Below, in pieces: positions 27,679 to 45,249 of a stretch of 64,000 nt of DNA. Location of the stretch: NCBI RefSeq assembly GCF_009914755.1, contig NC_060944.1, one strand, 5' to 3'. The notes beneath the pieces are model-generated. The model saw nothing but the letters and a program-made list of their open reading frames with translations, was not told where the DNA came from and searched no databases. The DNA comes from the human T2T-CHM13v2.0 reference genome, Homo sapiens. Position 1 is the stretch's first letter. The number at the start of each line of letters is the position of its first letter. A program made the position numbers and the translations under genes.

Positions 27679-28635
27679 GGTATGATATATGACAATAAAG
27701 GAAAGATCTTGATTGCACACATTGCTCTCAACTTTGGTACTGTCTGCTTTTGTACCATGTGTTTGTATGTTATAGTTTGACATCACAGACTGCCTGTTCA
27801 TAAACCAAATTTGAGTTTTCCTTATCTTCTAATGAACCAATGTATTTTCATTTGTCCTTACTACTTAATAAATCAAAAGAAAAATAAGAAATGAGAAAAA
27901 AGTCCCCTAGACTTAATACCGATGGGTCAAAAATGGAAATCATTAGGCATGCTGAAATTGAAGAACCTTTAACTTGCATTCAGCAGCTTTTGGACATAAG
28001 CCAGGCAAAAACTGTGAAGAAAATGAACACATTTTAAAAAATGTTAGAAATGCTGTCATTGAAGTTTGGGTCTGAAAACTGAGGGATAGTTAGGAAATGT
28101 AAAATATCTTTCTTGGTGAAGATATTTTTTCTTGCAGTGGGCATGATTTTTGCATACCTTTAGCATGTTCAGTTTCTGAACACATTCTTGGGGCATGTAC
28201 AAAAGCAAGAGGTTGCCAATAGTAGAATGACAGCAAGAAACTTATTTTTCACATCCTTTATTTGAAGAAGCAGAGTGACGTTCATTCCCACTGTAATTAC
28301 AGTTCTCAGGTGGTGGAAATATTTCAAGGGAGCCAATCGTCTCATCTGTTATTCAGACATAAGCAAGATGTTGATAGGACTCTCCTTGACAACCATAGTA
28401 CTGAGAATGTTCATTTTCATGGCTGAATCTCCACCTGAAAAGGATTTTGTGCTTGAACTCTTACCAATGGCTCTTGTAACTTGCCTTCTTAAAGTTACTC
28501 ACTCTGGTCGTTAATTAGACTGTGATTGGATGGCAAAAAAAAAAAAAAAAAAGGACTGGAGAAGAATGTAGATGACATATGTTAGATTAGGCTGTAATTT
28601 TAAGATCTTGCTTTAATATCTGTACATCTTACTGT

Positions 28636-30052
28636 CTTTTTAAAAATTTAATTAAACATTCTATTTCAAGATAATTGTAAATTCACATTCAATTGTAAGA
28701 AATATTACAAAAAGATCCTATACCCTCTACTCAGTTTCTCTGGTAGTAAAGTCTTCCAAAACTACAGTATGATATCGTAACAAAGATATTGACATTGATA
28801 TTGATGTAGTCAAGCTACAGAACAGTTCCATTGCCACAAGGATCCCTGATGTTAACCTGTTACAGCCAAATCCACATCCCTGGGCTCCCTCTCTCCTCCA
28901 CCACCACATTCCTAACTTCAGACCATCGTTAATCTGTTTTCCGTTTCTATAATTTTGTGACATCAAGAATGCTATACAAATGCAATCATGTAGTATGTAA
29001 CATTTTAGATTTGGCTGTTTTTTTCACTCAGTATAATTCTTACAGAGATTTATCCAAGTTGTTGCAGATATTAATAGTCAATTTCTTTTTATTGCTAAGT
29101 AGTATTCCATTGTATGGAGGATGTACCACAGTTCGTTTAATCATTCACCCACAGAAGGATTTCCACATTATGAGGCTTCCAGGTTTCGGCTATTTTGAAT
29201 AAAGCTATAAATATTCATATACAGATTTTTTTTTTATGTGGGGATAAAAGTTTTCATTTCTGTGTCATAAATTCCTAAGAATGAAACTGCTGGTTGTATG
29301 ATGCTGGTTTCATTTTTTAAGAAACTACCACTGTTTTTCGGAGTGGCTGTACCATGTTGCATTCCCACCAACTATGTATGAGTCATCCAATTTTTCCACA
29401 TCCTTGTCTGCATTTGGTGGTGGTGGTATTATTATTATTTCAGCCAATCTGATAGGTGTGTATTGGTAGCCATTGTGGTTTTAATTTGCCCTTCCCTCAG
29501 AGGCAGTGATATTGAACATGTTTTCATGTGCTTCTTGAACATCTGCGCACCCTCTCCGGTGAGATGTCTGTTCATGACTTTTGCCCATTTTGTCATTAGA
29601 TTATTTGTTTGTTTTACTGTTGTGATTTGAGGGTTCTTTGCCTATTCTAGATACCAGTTCTTTGTCAGATATGTGGTTTACACATCTTTTCTTCCAGTCT
29701 CTCACTTGTCTTTTCATCCTCTTCACAGAGTTTTTCACATAACGGAAGTTTTCATTTTGATGAGGTCCAGTTTTTCAAATTTTCCCTCTGTGGATTATGC
29801 CTTTGATAACAGGTCTAAGAACTCTCTCCAGACTGTGATCTCATGCATTTTCTTTTTATCGTTTTATTTGATATTTAAGTTTTATCATTTTATTTAATAT
29901 TTAGGTCTATTTTAAGCTATTTTTATATAAGGTGAGTGTTTTAATGTTTAAGTCGACGATTTTTCCACCCCCCTCCATGGATGTCCAATTGCCTCAGTAC
30001 TGTACACTGAAAAGTTTGCTTTTCTTCCACTGAATTGCTTTTCCACCTTTGT
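28636..30052 (-). mobile_element. L1MD-type 3' fragment
   Basis: L1MD 3'UTR followed by the ORF2 C-terminal region, on the minus strand. Confidence 0.8.
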
Positions 30053-30181
30053 ATCTGTGTTTTTATATTGCTTGATGGATTTAATAACTGTGCAGGATGA
30101 AAACCAATAGAATTGACTAATTATACTAATACCTCTGGGTATTTAAAAAATAACAGAATCCTCTTTCATTTAATTTACAGG

Positions 30182-30483
30182 TTTTTTGTTTTGTTTTGTT
30201 TTTTTGGTAGTCTCTCTCTGCTGCCCAGGCTGGAGTTCAGTGACATGTTCTCGGCTTACTGCAGCCTCTACCTCCTGGGTTGAAGCAATTCATGTGCCTC
30301 AGCCTCCAGAGTAGCTGGGACTACAGGCATGTGCCACCACTCCCAGCTAATTTTTATATTTTTAGTAGAGATGGGGTTTTGTCATATTGGCCAGACTGGT
30401 CTCAAACTCCTGGCCTCAAATGATTCATCCATCTTGGCCTCCCAAAGTGCTGGGATTACAGGCATGAGCCACCTTGCCCAGCC
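30182..30483 (-). mobile_element. Alu (J / old S)
   Basis: Full dimer with a (TTTTG)n tail. Confidence 0.92.
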
Positions 30484-30749
30484 ATACAGTATTAACTTTT
30501 ATTAAACAAAACAAAAACTAACAAACAAAACCCAAAATCTATTCTCACGATCCAGAGAAAACGTTGTTAACATTTTTTTTTGTCTTTTTCCAGTGCATTT
30601 TTAGTATAGTGGAGATCATGACCTAAATGAAAATTTATATTCTGCTTCACCCCTCCCCACAATAACATATTATGAACACTTTTCTATGTCCTTGGAAATT
30701 CCTTCTGAAACTTGTTTCAAATGAACCAACTATGTTATCCTGCAGACAG

Positions 30750-31005
30750 ATAATATATGTATTATAGATGTAGTATAATTTACTATATAAATATTATGTA
30801 CACTATCTATATTACTATTTTTTATAAAATAATTACCTATGTTATCTTACAGATGTATAACATTTATTATAGATATATTCTATATGTATCGTAATATGTA
30901 CTACATGTTTACTATATGTGTACCATTTACTTTATATAGCTACTAATGTTGCTCTATAGATAAGTAGATATATTACATTATATATTGTAGAAGTATTATA
31001 ATTTA
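30750..31005. repeat. AT-rich low-complexity tract (degenerate TA repeat)
   Basis: Read directly from the sequence. Confidence 0.7.
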
Positions 31006-31507
31006 CTTTGTCACTCCTTATTGTTGAAATTTGAGTAATCCCTGACTTTTTTATTGTAAATAATGCTGCTAACATTTTATTGTACATTCGGTGGGATCAG
31101 ACACATATCTTAGCTTCTTTATTTAGAACTAAACTTCGGAGTAGAGTGGATTTCGTTTTTTCACCCTGAACAAAGCAGTTAATTTATGTTCAAGTTTCTG
31201 AGACAGAAGAGAAAAATGGAATATGTAAACATTGCAGACAAGTAGTAGTTAACTTGAATTCCTCACCCATCTGCCAGGTACTGATAGAATTATAAGAGGT
31301 TTTTAAATTGACTATGTTTTGAAGGACCAAATATTTTATGTAGACTTTGTTTTGTTTCTTCTTATTAGCTCAGAGGTTCTTAAACTTTGTAGTACATAAA
31401 ATTTATTTATAGGTCAAATATACAAAACCACATATATATGGTAATTGGAGGTAATTTAAGGATCGAGGATAATCATGACTGAAGAGCAGCCACCCGTCTG
31501 CACTTGA

Positions 31508-31850
<343 letters not shown>

Positions 31851-31971
31851 TGATTTCTATTCTTTTTAGGTTATTTATTGTCAAGCGACCTTTAAAGATG
31901 ACCAGTCGAGTATAATAGTGCCACTCAGACATTTGCCATCAGTAACTATTATTATTAAATTATACTCATTT

Positions 31972-32274
31972 GCTGGGCGCGGTGGCTCACGTCTGTAAGC
32001 CCAGCACTTTGGGAGGCCGAGGCGGGTGGATCATGAGGTGAGGAGTTTGAGTCCAGCCTGACCAACATGGTGAAACCCGGTCTCTACTAAAAAAATACAA
32101 AAATTAGCTGGGCCTAGTTGTGCTTGCCTGTAATTCCAGCTACTCAGGAGTCTGAGGCAGGAGAATCGCTTGAACCCAGGAGGCGGAGGTTGCAGTGAGC
32201 GGAGATCGCACCACCTCACTCCAGCCTGGGTGACAGAGCAAGACTCTGTCTCAAAAAAAAAAAAAAAAAAAAAA
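31972..32274 (+). mobile_element. AluS
   Basis: Full dimer with a 22-nt poly-A; TSD aaattatact. Confidence 0.95.
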
Positions 32275-33236
32275 TTATACTTAGTAATTTTTAGGTTTAA
32301 AAATGTCTCATTTTATTTTGCTTTTGGAGAATATTGTTTTTCATATGCTCATTAGCTCTTTGCATTTTCTCTCTCTGGCATTATTAATATTTTAATGTGC
32401 TAGTGTACCTTTTACTAGTTATTTTCTTCAGGATAGTTTTGGTTGCTAGAATCAGACCCCCATTCAAGCTAGCTTAATTAAAAGTTGCAGTGATGTTGAT
32501 GGTGATGGGTTCCTGGGGATATAGATGATTTCCAAGAAACCCAGAGGAAAGGCTAGATCTCAGTATTAGGAATTGAAAGATTGTGAAGAACTAAAATGTC
32601 TCTTTTACCTAGAGCAGAAATGATCTAGTTCCCTGTAGCAGGTTCCACAGCTTAACTCTCCTGCAAGTGATTCAACATGGCCAACAACTTCTGTTTAAAC
32701 CTACCAGCATTGACCTTTCAATTTGGTCTGCACCTCTGGTAGTAATCTTCAAGTCTCTGGGTTGAATATCCTAAGCAAGAATCTGGTTGGTGTTAATCAG
32801 CCAATTATTAGCTAGTTAGTTTAGTGTCTGGTCCAACTCTTCACCATCCATTATGAGGAATATCACGACAACCATGAGCTGCCAGATTCTAGGATGGGCA
32901 ATGAGATCTTCAGCATAGACCAAGCCCATGGTTTTCAGATTTAATTGCACTTGAAATTCTAGCATGTTCCTTGAATGCCTATTTTATTTGTACATTTGGG
33001 ATTTTTATCTCTGGGACTTTTTTCTGAAATATACCTAGTGATATTGCTATCAAAGCATGAAGAAATTTATCTTCAAATACTTATTTTCTTTTGATTCCAG
33101 TAATTGTCTGAATGACACATAATATGCCCGTTGTGGAAACAATTTTGATTTTTAAAACTTTATTTTCACAAAGCAACATCACATTTCTGGCTTGCAAATA
33201 TTTCACAGGTGAAAACATCAAAAAGAAAACATTTAA

Positions 33237-33458
<222 letters not shown>

Positions 33459-35344
33459 TGACTGAAAACTTGCCTGAATTATTTAACAAAGGTACAAGCA
33501 ATATCTTTTCCAAGGACAAAACACCCCTAAAATAACATCTGCTTGCTAATTGTTTCAAGTAATTGACTAATGTAAAGTCACTTTTCTGGTTTCCTGCTAT
33601 TTGCTGTAGCTGTTCTTGCTGTTTTCCAGTCTCTGCTATGGGACTTATCATGTTGTTGTACTCCCTACACTGAAGCCCCGAGAGGATGAGGAGTGGATCT
33701 CATTGTGTCTCAGACACTGCCTGATGCAGAAAGACACTCATTCAATGCTTGGGGAATGTGGGGAGAGAAGGGAGGGGAAGAAGCAGAAAACAGGTAACAG
33801 TGGACGAAGAGGAAGTTCTACCGATTTATTGTTTTCTTTAAGTTTGATGACTAAATTTTCTTAGTAGTAGTGAGATTTTCTCAATAAAAATAGTCATTGT
33901 GTGTTACAACTCATTAAGGTAAGTACAAGATTTACTTACCACGTGGATTCACAAATTAGCTAAATATTTCCCTCTACATGGCAGTATATTTCTGTGGTCC
34001 TTGTTAACACGCAGCCTATGTATTTTCTTTTTTCATGAAAACGTGTGAAAGCACATGGTTAACACTCCTCCGAGGCTCTGGTTATTTTCATATGGAGAAA
34101 ATACTACTCTTTTGTCTATGAAGGAACTATGCTTATTTTTATGATAGAACATTTTAATTTTGGCTTTCCATCTTGAAGATTCTTTAAGCCTCATTTGGTG
34201 AGAATTTACTGGGGCCAGGCTTCTTTGCCATTTAAAATTTTATGCGAAACCAGTTGATCTATTAGAACAGAAACTTGGCTAGGTGGGGGAAGTGAACAGC
34301 TTTTCCTTTTGTGCAAATTCTCCAAAAGTAGTGACTTTTCGACACCTTATAAAGGGTCTATGATGACACTTTGGTTTATATGATGATGAAAACAATGGGG
34401 AAGCTGCATTTCTTCTCAAATTAGAGAAATAAGGACTACGTTATACTTTATAGGCACACCTGTATGTACATAAGGGAAGAATAAGCACAAAACAAGCTTT
34501 TGAGACAGGTAGAGAAGGGAGTCAAGGGTGGCGTCTTCCATGCATTTCATTTCCCTGTCACCCCATGAAGCAGTTCCACATTCCAAGGCTTCTCCCACTC
34601 CCAGCCTTTCTTCTCTCCAATGGAGAACCCACTTATACCTTTTTGAGTCCAGATTTCCTCTATCATTTATCTGTCATATGCCAAATATGAAATGACACTG
34701 TTCAAATATATATATTTTTTGTTCTCAGGGAGGAGTTGTTGAATTGCAAATGTATTATTTAGGCACAGTGATCCATGAAGCCAGTGATAGCATAACTCTG
34801 AACTCTGCAAATAATCTTGAGCCAAACTCTCCACTTTTATAACACTCTAAACTATTTGTATCCAGTCATTTTGAACCAGATGTATTATGGCCCAGTTATC
34901 CCTCATGTATCCAGTATTTTCCCTTATAACAAGATGGCGAGCAATGCTATAAGGATGACTTGCTTTATTTTTGCTCGAACAGCCTTTTCTTAAAAGAGAA
35001 TCAAAATACCCAGGAAGATGTTTGGCTTATCATCTAGACACAGACAGAGCTTTAGGTGGCCAGAAAGTATAGTTACACATCAGGTCTTCTCTTGAGAACC
35101 TTAGCCGGTCTGTAACTTTGCAATTCACCCTGAGGCTCTGTACTGTCTGGTCATTGTGTGTGGCCTTTTGGTCCTTTTTTGTCTTGGTAGAGTTCCAAAT
35201 ATGTCTGGTTCTTCACAATCCAAACATCTAATTCTTCACAATTCCATATGCCAACCTTTCTGAATGTAGAAAAAATAAGAAATAGGCTATGTTACAGATA
35301 GACCTATACATACCTAAGAGAAGAAAGAAGATAAATGAGGAATA

Positions 35345-36385
35345 CATTATAGGAACTCCTCAAATCCCATCCATCGGCAAATGCTGTTGGCTGTATGCTC
35401 AAAATGTATGGAGACTCTGAACACAGCTCACAGTCTCTACTGCTACTACTGGGGTCCTAGGCAGTGGGCTGCCAAATTCTTGGGCTTCTAGAGTCTGTTC
35501 GAAACACTTATATCACATCACGATATTTTTTGCTGCAACACCCTCAGCCAAGGTCTGATAATGGTCTATGCCAGTGGTCCCCAACCTTTTTGGCACCGGG
35601 ACAGGTATCAGGGAAGACAATTTTTCCACAGACGGGGTTGGGGGCAGGATTGGTTTCGGGATGAAACTGTTCCACTTCAAATGATTAGGCATTAGATTCT
35701 CATAAGGAGCAGGCAACCTAGATCCCTAGCATGCACAGTTCACAATAGATTTTACACTTCTATGAGAATCAGGAGGTGGAGCTCAGGCAGGAATGCTTGC
35801 TCACCTTCTGCGGTGTAGCCGGGTTCCTAATAGGCTATAGACCAGTACTGGTCCAGTACCCATCTGCTGCCCAGGGATGAGGGTCCCTGGTCAATGCGAT
35901 CACGCGATTTGATTTCTTGCTGCCCTTTTAACCTCATCTCTGAGTTTCCTTAATCCCACCTTCCTCTTCTCCAGGTGCCCTGGGCTCCTCTCTTTCCTTG
36001 GAAGATGCCAAGCACCTCCTGCCCTTTATACCTGCTCTTCCCTTTTCCTGGAATGCTCTCCCCCAGGTACCCACAGAGCTCGCTCCCTTACTTTGTTCAG
36101 TGCGTTGCTCAAATTGCTCCTCTAAGAGAGGCCATTTCTTGACTCCCTTGTTGGAAATAGAACCCACCTACTCACTGCCTTCCACATCCCTCTTATTGCT
36201 CTTCTCAGGAGGCACCAGAACATAACACACTTGCTTGGTTGTTTCCTATTGTCTTCCCCTCTTCCCCGCATAAAATACGGTCTACAAAGACAGGGATTTT
36301 TTGGGGATGGGAGACATGATTCACTATTAGTTACCAGAATCTAACACATAGTGAACACTTTTAAAAGTATTGGCTGAAAAGCAAG
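35345..36385 (+). mobile_element. L2 fragment interrupted by MER1B
   Basis: L2 body motifs (cttttcctggaatgctctcccc; agagaggcc) and a degenerate tail. Confidence 0.65.
35572..35889 (+). mobile_element. MER1B hAT-Charlie transposon
   Basis: cagtggtccccaacctttttggcacc...gtccctg; 8-bp TSD gtctatgc/gtcaatgc. Confidence 0.88.
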
Positions 36386-37629
36386 AAATGTTATCAGTAG
36401 AGGAAATGGAATACATACAGATGTCTATGTGTCATACTTTTATTTAGTTTACCAGAAGAAATCTGTACTTGAGGCATCTGAAACCAGAAAAAGAAACTTT
36501 GATTTGGAGAAAATAGGGTGGGCAGTGATGGAAGCAGAAAAAGCCAGGATTTGGATGTTTTAGGAGGACAGAAAAATATAAAACCAAAGTGGATGAAAAA
36601 GCTCTTGCTTGAATGTGAAATGAATAAAGGGAAGTTGAGGACAAACTTGCTCTATTTTAGACTTCTACCTGCTGGCTTTGGAATTTAATATGTAAATCTT
36701 TGGGGAAATTGGTAAGCCACATTCTCTTTCACCTATAATAATCATTAACCAAAGTTCAAAGCATTAGAATGGAAGAATTATCTACATTTAGCCTCCAAGC
36801 CCTTGATGAATTCCTGTAGCTGATTCATCCTCTACTCTTTTAGATCTGATACATTTAGTATTAATCTCTCGGGGCACATAGAAAGCTGGAGTAATTCTGA
36901 GATATGCATTTTTCATCTAAATGCTGTGTAATTTATGAATCTTGATAATAAAATACTGGGGTTATAAGTAGCACACCGTGACCAAATTTTAGAGTTTATT
37001 CTAACATAAATAAAGCCGTTTCCAAAAGAAATGAGGAAATGTACATCATGCTATTTGATCAATACGGAGGTGGTGTGGTGGATGCAGACATATCCCTCCC
37101 ATAGGAAATCTTAGCCTTTATAAGAGCACAGTACTTCTCCCATTTTATTTTTAAAGATATTATTAAGAAAAAAATGCCAGTTTTGCATATCTGACTCTTT
37201 TTAGAAGTTTCAACACAAGAAAAAGATTGTAGAATTTTAAAATTTGGTACCCCCTCACTGAAAATGTAGCTCGAAGTACACTCCTGCAAAAATTGGAAAA
37301 TAAACATATGAATAATGCACATATAGAACAATTTATTTTTTATTTCTTACTTCCTCCACGAAGCACCCCTCAAGCACCCATAGCTGTCAGAGATGGCTGC
37401 AAATTTGATTAACTGTAATTCCCACAATAGTAAGACTCCAGTGACTTTAAATATAGTTTCTGACCTTGTTAAACACTAGTTCCATGTTTTCATTCAGGAA
37501 ATAATGTTGCTTATACTAATTAGAAGGGGATGAAAGTTTCTGTGCATAGTTTTACTTTTTCAAGATGAGTAACACTTGAGAGGAAATAGAGTGGAAGGAA
37601 GACCATTGACCGCTTTTGAGACCAAGGCA

Positions 37630-37790
37630 AATGGTATGGTGAGAAGTATGCCGGTCCTGGATTTAGGTAGCCTGAGTTCTAATCCCAGCTTTGCCACCGT
37701 ATATGTCTGACAAGTCATCCTCTTTCTGTGTAAAGGTGGCCTCCAAGGCAAGTCACACATTTGCTTCCTCATCATCACATGTGGCTGAGT
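37630..37790 (+). mobile_element. MIR
   Basis: cctgagttctaatcccagctttgccac...ggcaagtcac...ttcctcatc. Confidence 0.6.
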
Positions 37791-38904
37791 CTGCAGGGAT
37801 TCGGTTCACCTTGGACCAGAAGGACAAGTCCAGCAAATCCTGTGTTTAATGTTTCCCAAAATGTGAACGAAAGAGTGTGTCAAAAGAGCCTTTCATGATT
37901 AAATGTTGTGTGGTCAAAGAAATTGGCAACTGCAACGTTTATGGCCCCATCTTTGAGATTCATAACCCACTGCAGCCCCTCATGGGCTCTGAAAAGTCCT
38001 ACAGTTAAGAAATTGGAGGGACTTTGAGTCAGCATTTCCAAAACAGCTGGGCCATGGAACTATTTGTTTTAATCGTGTGTTCCATGGAACAAATAAATTT
38101 AATTCTAGGGAACACAGTCTGGGATTTGCTGCTTTCATGTGTTAACTTATTGTTGTTTCAACAGTAAACAACTAGGGATGATCGTTTCTACTTTATCTAA
38201 ATCAGGGTTAATGTGTGTATTAAATGAACGTGAATGTATTTGAAAAGGGAACAACTCTCTAACTGTAGAGATTAATTGCCATTATTATTTTTATTCTCCC
38301 AAACACCTTTGGTCTTATTTGTTCTGTCATTCTACCCTTTATAGTGACTAGGTCATTTGTATCTCCTAAGCTCAATGTCAGACCTTGTTCTTCGTTTCTG
38401 CAAAAATAGGATTCTAGCTTCCGCACAATGAGCTAATGTCCTAAAATTTATTTCTCTGGAATTTCATCCAACTTATCTGTGTGTGTGTGTGATAACCTTT
38501 TCTGTAGTAATGATTCATTCTTTTTTTACACAGTTTCTTCCTCATCTAAAACATTTCCTCTTCCGATACGGCTGTCTATAATATGTCTTTTCAAAATCAT
38601 AAAATGTCACAGCCCCCTCTTTCAATACTCAGATATTTACTTTGGAGTCATCCCTTCCTCATGTAAGAAACTACCCACCATGCCATATTCTAGAAGTTTC
38701 CTAAGCTTATGCCAAAGAGGACATGACTCTTCACATCTCCATAAATTAAATGATGGATTATTACTCTGATGTTTTTCCCAGGTGATACATAATTCCATAT
38801 CCACATTTCTAAGGCTTAGGTAAATTAGATAAAAGAGGTTGACTGTAGTACAAAACACCCTATTTTTCCAATTTAAGTACTTTTTTCTAGTCAAGGAAGT
38901 ATGA

Positions 38905-39589
<685 letters not shown>

Positions 39590-39699
39590 TGAAAGCAGGG
39601 CTTTATTTTCATGGTGGTGGCAGGTTCTGTCCATTTGGGGCTGATCCCTTCTTCTTTGGTAATGGATGTCTGATTTCTAGTTGGAGACAAGGCAACCCA

Positions 39700-40370
<671 letters not shown>

Positions 40371-40674
40371 TTAGAGATGTAGTAAAATTTCCTCATCATC
40401 CAATGCACTCTGGGTAGGGAATTCTGTTATTCACAGCCAGGAGTATCCTGACATGGTCACTGTCCGTTGGATTTGAATTTGTTGAAGATAGAAACCATGC
40501 TTTATTCATCTTTGTATCTATCTTTCCAACATAGTGTCTCATGCAAAGTAGGTACTTTGGATTCTACAGGCCCTTACGGTTCCCAGGAAATGATTCTTGG
40601 CCTACTTATACTAGTATTGCATAGTAGAAATGTTAGGGAACCCTGGTGTATTGAGAATTAAAAGGGCCATGTGA

Positions 40675-41097
<423 letters not shown>

Positions 41098-41201
41098 TAA
41101 AAAAAATCAATCTAAAACATACAGAAGGTTAAAAAAAAAATCAAATGGTATTGAAGCGCTTATCATGAAAAGTAGCAGTGCCTACTTTATTCCCACCCTT
41201 C

Positions 41202-41641
41202 TGTTGTGGGTTGAATTGTGACCTCCCAAAAATATATGCCTAAGGTGTAACTGCTGGTACCTGTGGATGTGACTTTATTTGGAACTAGGATCTTTGTAAT
41301 GTATTCAAGTTGCTGTGGGATTATCGGATTAGAGTGGACCCCAGTCCCATAGCTGGTACCCTTATAAGAAGAGACACAGACCCACAGGGAGAAAGCCATG
41401 TGAAGACAGGCAGACACTGGAGTGATACAATTAAAAGCCAAAGGTGTCAAGGACTGCGGCAGCCACCAGACCGTAGGATAGATGCATGGAACAGACTCTC
41501 CCTCACAGCCTCCAGTAGGAACCAACCCTGCCAGCACCTTGATTTTGGGCTCTGGCCTCCAGAACTGTGACAGCATACATTTCTGTTGTGCAAGACACCT
41601 AGTACTTTGTTACTGCAACCCTACTCTAGGAAACGAATTCA
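41202..41641 (+). mobile_element. MLT1C-like MaLR solo LTR
   Basis: tgttgtgggttgaattgtg...ggcctccagaactgtga...ctaggaaacgaattca; 5-bp TSD ccttc/cctcc. Confidence 0.85.
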
Positions 41642-42501
41642 CCTCCCGAGGCTTAATCACCATTGTCATTCCCTGGTGTTCATTTTCCTGGTGGTTGCCT
41701 CTGTAACTCTCAATGATGTGTTTATAACTTTGTTTCTTGTTTTATTAACTTCCAACATTACCAACAGATTCCTCCCCTTTAGAAAGTTAATGGTTTGGCT
41801 CATTTATGTAATCTCATCAACTCTTTCTTCTTCCTTACAAATTGTGACAATTACATTACTTTCAATAAATATTCTACTGTATGTGGAACATTCAATAACA
41901 TGGTTAAACCTCTGTGCCCTTCCCCATAAATGTTCTGATACTGAGACTGATTCTTATATCAGTCTCAGTTGTTAACGATCTTATTGCCTGTCCCCTTTGC
42001 TTTTCTCTTCTCTATTTGTCAGGTTTTTTTTTTTTTTTTTTTTTTTACTTTCATGTTATTCAATACCAGATTCTTGTCTTACAGCAATGTGGGCTCGCTC
42101 TTGTCACACGTTCCATTGTTTCGAGAGAAACTGGAAGCAAAGATCTTTTAGTTGAACACTTTCAATATTTAACTGTAATTTTAAAATATAAGAAAGTATA
42201 AATTGAATATCTCTCCGGGTGATTGGCCTGAAAGCTGCCTTTAAAATTTTTTTTAAATCTCTTATTTACCCCTTGAACTAATGCTAGAAAGAGAAAGCAA
42301 TGGTATTCCCAGGAGGCAACATGTGGCACTATACTTAGTAGGTCTACTATTTTAATATGTGTAAATTACAAATAAAACTATCATCATACTTTATTGCGTT
42401 GGACCTAGACTCCTATTTTCTTTCAGTTATTTATAGTTTATATAGATACATTCATTGTGATGAAAACATTATAAATACTTCAGCTATAATAAGACTTCTA
42501 T

Positions 42502-42796
<295 letters not shown>

Positions 42797-43466
42797 GATT
42801 TTTATTAGAGATACACATATGCTTCCCAAAATATTATTTTGGTCAACACCATTGAAACCATCAAGGACAAATTTTTGTCTATGCCTCCTCTGTAAGAGTA
42901 CCCTAATTGTGATTGGAAAGCTGAATGTTTTATATGCCAGAATGACAGGTTTCAAAGAAAACACAAAGAACAAAATCAGAGAGAGAGAAAAAAAATACAT
43001 ATACCATGTAGTATGACCATGGTTGAAACAAGGTCAAAGGTGATGTCAATCCCATGTTGTAACATCTACGGGGGCAGGAGTCACAAACGTTGGATCAGAT
43101 ATCACCTGTGAGTTGCAAGTACAAGGTAGTTTCAAAGCTGTGCCTCTGCAATATTTCTTTTCTTCTTTTTGAGGATTCCCGTCACCCTTAGAATTATATC
43201 AAAGCTCATTGCCAATACCCTGGTCTCCTAAGCCCTGTATGATTCTGCTCCAGCACATTTCTCCGACTTGCCATGCCACTTGTCACTTTGCTACAATGAC
43301 CTCCCTTCATTTGTCCTGTCTCAAAGCCTTTGCAGTTTCTGTTCCTTTGTTCTATTGAGCTCTCCCCCATTTTTTTTCTCTTCCTTCAGGGATTAGCTCA
43401 ATTTCACTGCCTGAAAAGGGCCTTATTTGAATACTCCATGCTTCTCAGAATCACATTTCTTTAGTA

Positions 43467-43801
43467 CTGTACTCTCACTTTATGTGTGGGGGATACATTC
43501 CAAGACCCCCAGTGGATGGCTGCAACTGTGTATACCTCTCAACCCTATATATTCTATGTTTTTTCCTATCCATACATACCTATGATAAAGTTTAATTCAT
43601 AAATTAGGCACAATAAGAGATTGACAATAACTAATAATAAAATAGAACAATTATAACAATATACTGTAATAAAAGTTATATGAATGTGGCCTCTCTCTCT
43701 CAAAATATCTATTGTACTATACTCACCTATTTTCAGACCACAGCTGACTGTGGGTAACCTGAAGCCTCTGAAACAGAAACTATGGACAAGAAAAACTACC
43801 A
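43467..43801 (-). mobile_element. MER44A (Tigger7-derived) MITE
   Basis: gggggatacattccaagacccccagtggatg...tgataaagtttaatt.ataaattaggcaca. Confidence 0.85.
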
Positions 43802-43842
43802 TATATTAAGTAGATAGCCTTTCTCACTGTTGAAATTATGTT

Positions 43843-43982
43843 GGCCAGGTGCAGTGGCTCACGCCTGTGATCTCAGTATTTTGGGAGGCTGAGGTGGGAG
43901 GATCACTTGAGCCCAGGAGTTTGAGAGCAGCCTGAGCAGCATAGTCTCAACATAGTCTCTCTAACATTGTCTCTTAAGAAAA
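43843..43982 (+). mobile_element. Alu monomer (FLAM / AluJ left arm)
   Basis: ggccaggtgcagtggctcacgcc...ggaggatcacttgagcccaggagtttgag. Confidence 0.85.
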
Positions 43983-44100
43983 CATAATCTACATGTATAT
44001 TTGTTTACTGCTAGTATACCTTAAGCTCCAAGAAACTTATTGTGTGCATGTTGTCACCTGTAGGTTCTTGTATCCATCACCACATTAAGATACTGAACAT

Positions 44101-44436
<336 letters not shown>

Positions 44437-44984
44437 TCATAATCACATCCTCCAGTCCTCCCACCCCACCACCCCAGCAGGCACTAATTTGTTTCCCATT
44501 TCTACAGTTTTTTTTTTCTTTTCAAGAATGTTTAATCGTTTGGGATTGGCCTTCTTCACGCAACATAACTCCCTTGGGACTTATCCAAGTTGCTGTGCAT
44601 AGCAATAGTCCATTCCCTTTTACTGCTAAGTAGTAATCCATAGTATACATTCCCAGAGTTTGCATACATTCATCCACTGACGAACATCTGGGTCGTTTTT
44701 AGTTTCTCATCATTACAAATAAAATTGGTATGAATATTCAAGTTCATGTTGAATGAACATAAGTTGTCCCCCCTCCTCTCCATTTCTGGGATAAATTCTG
44801 AAGAAAGTAATTGCTGGGTCATATGGTAGTTGCACGTTTAGTTTTGTAAAAAGCTGTCCAACTGTGTTCCAGAGGGACTCTACCATTTTACAGTCCCATG
44901 AGCAGTATATGAGTAATCCAGTTTCTCTGCATTCTCACCAGCATTTGGCATTTGGTGGTGTCACTATTTTTATTTTAGTCATTC

Positions 44985-45249
44985 TTTTCTTTTTGAGACA
45001 GGATCTTGCTCTGTCACCCAGGCTGGAGTGCAGTGGTATGATTAGGGTTCACTGCGGCCTTGAAGGCCTGGCCTCAAGAGATCCTCTCACTTCAGCCTAC
45101 CAAGTAGCTAGGACTACAGGCATGCACCACCATGCTTGGCTAATTTTTTAATGCTTTGTAGAGATGAGGTCTCACTGTGTTGCCCAGGCTGGACTTGAAC
45201 TCCTGGCCTCAAGGGATCCTCCCTCCTCAGCCTCCCGAAGCACTGGGAT
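44985..45249 (-). mobile_element. 5'-truncated AluJ
   Basis: TSD tttattttagtcattct. Confidence 0.9.

Noticed and set aside
33968-33985. CTCF-like motif cctctacatggcag
   Set aside because: Mismatch at a core G position; the weak matches near 52198 and 63546 fail similarly.
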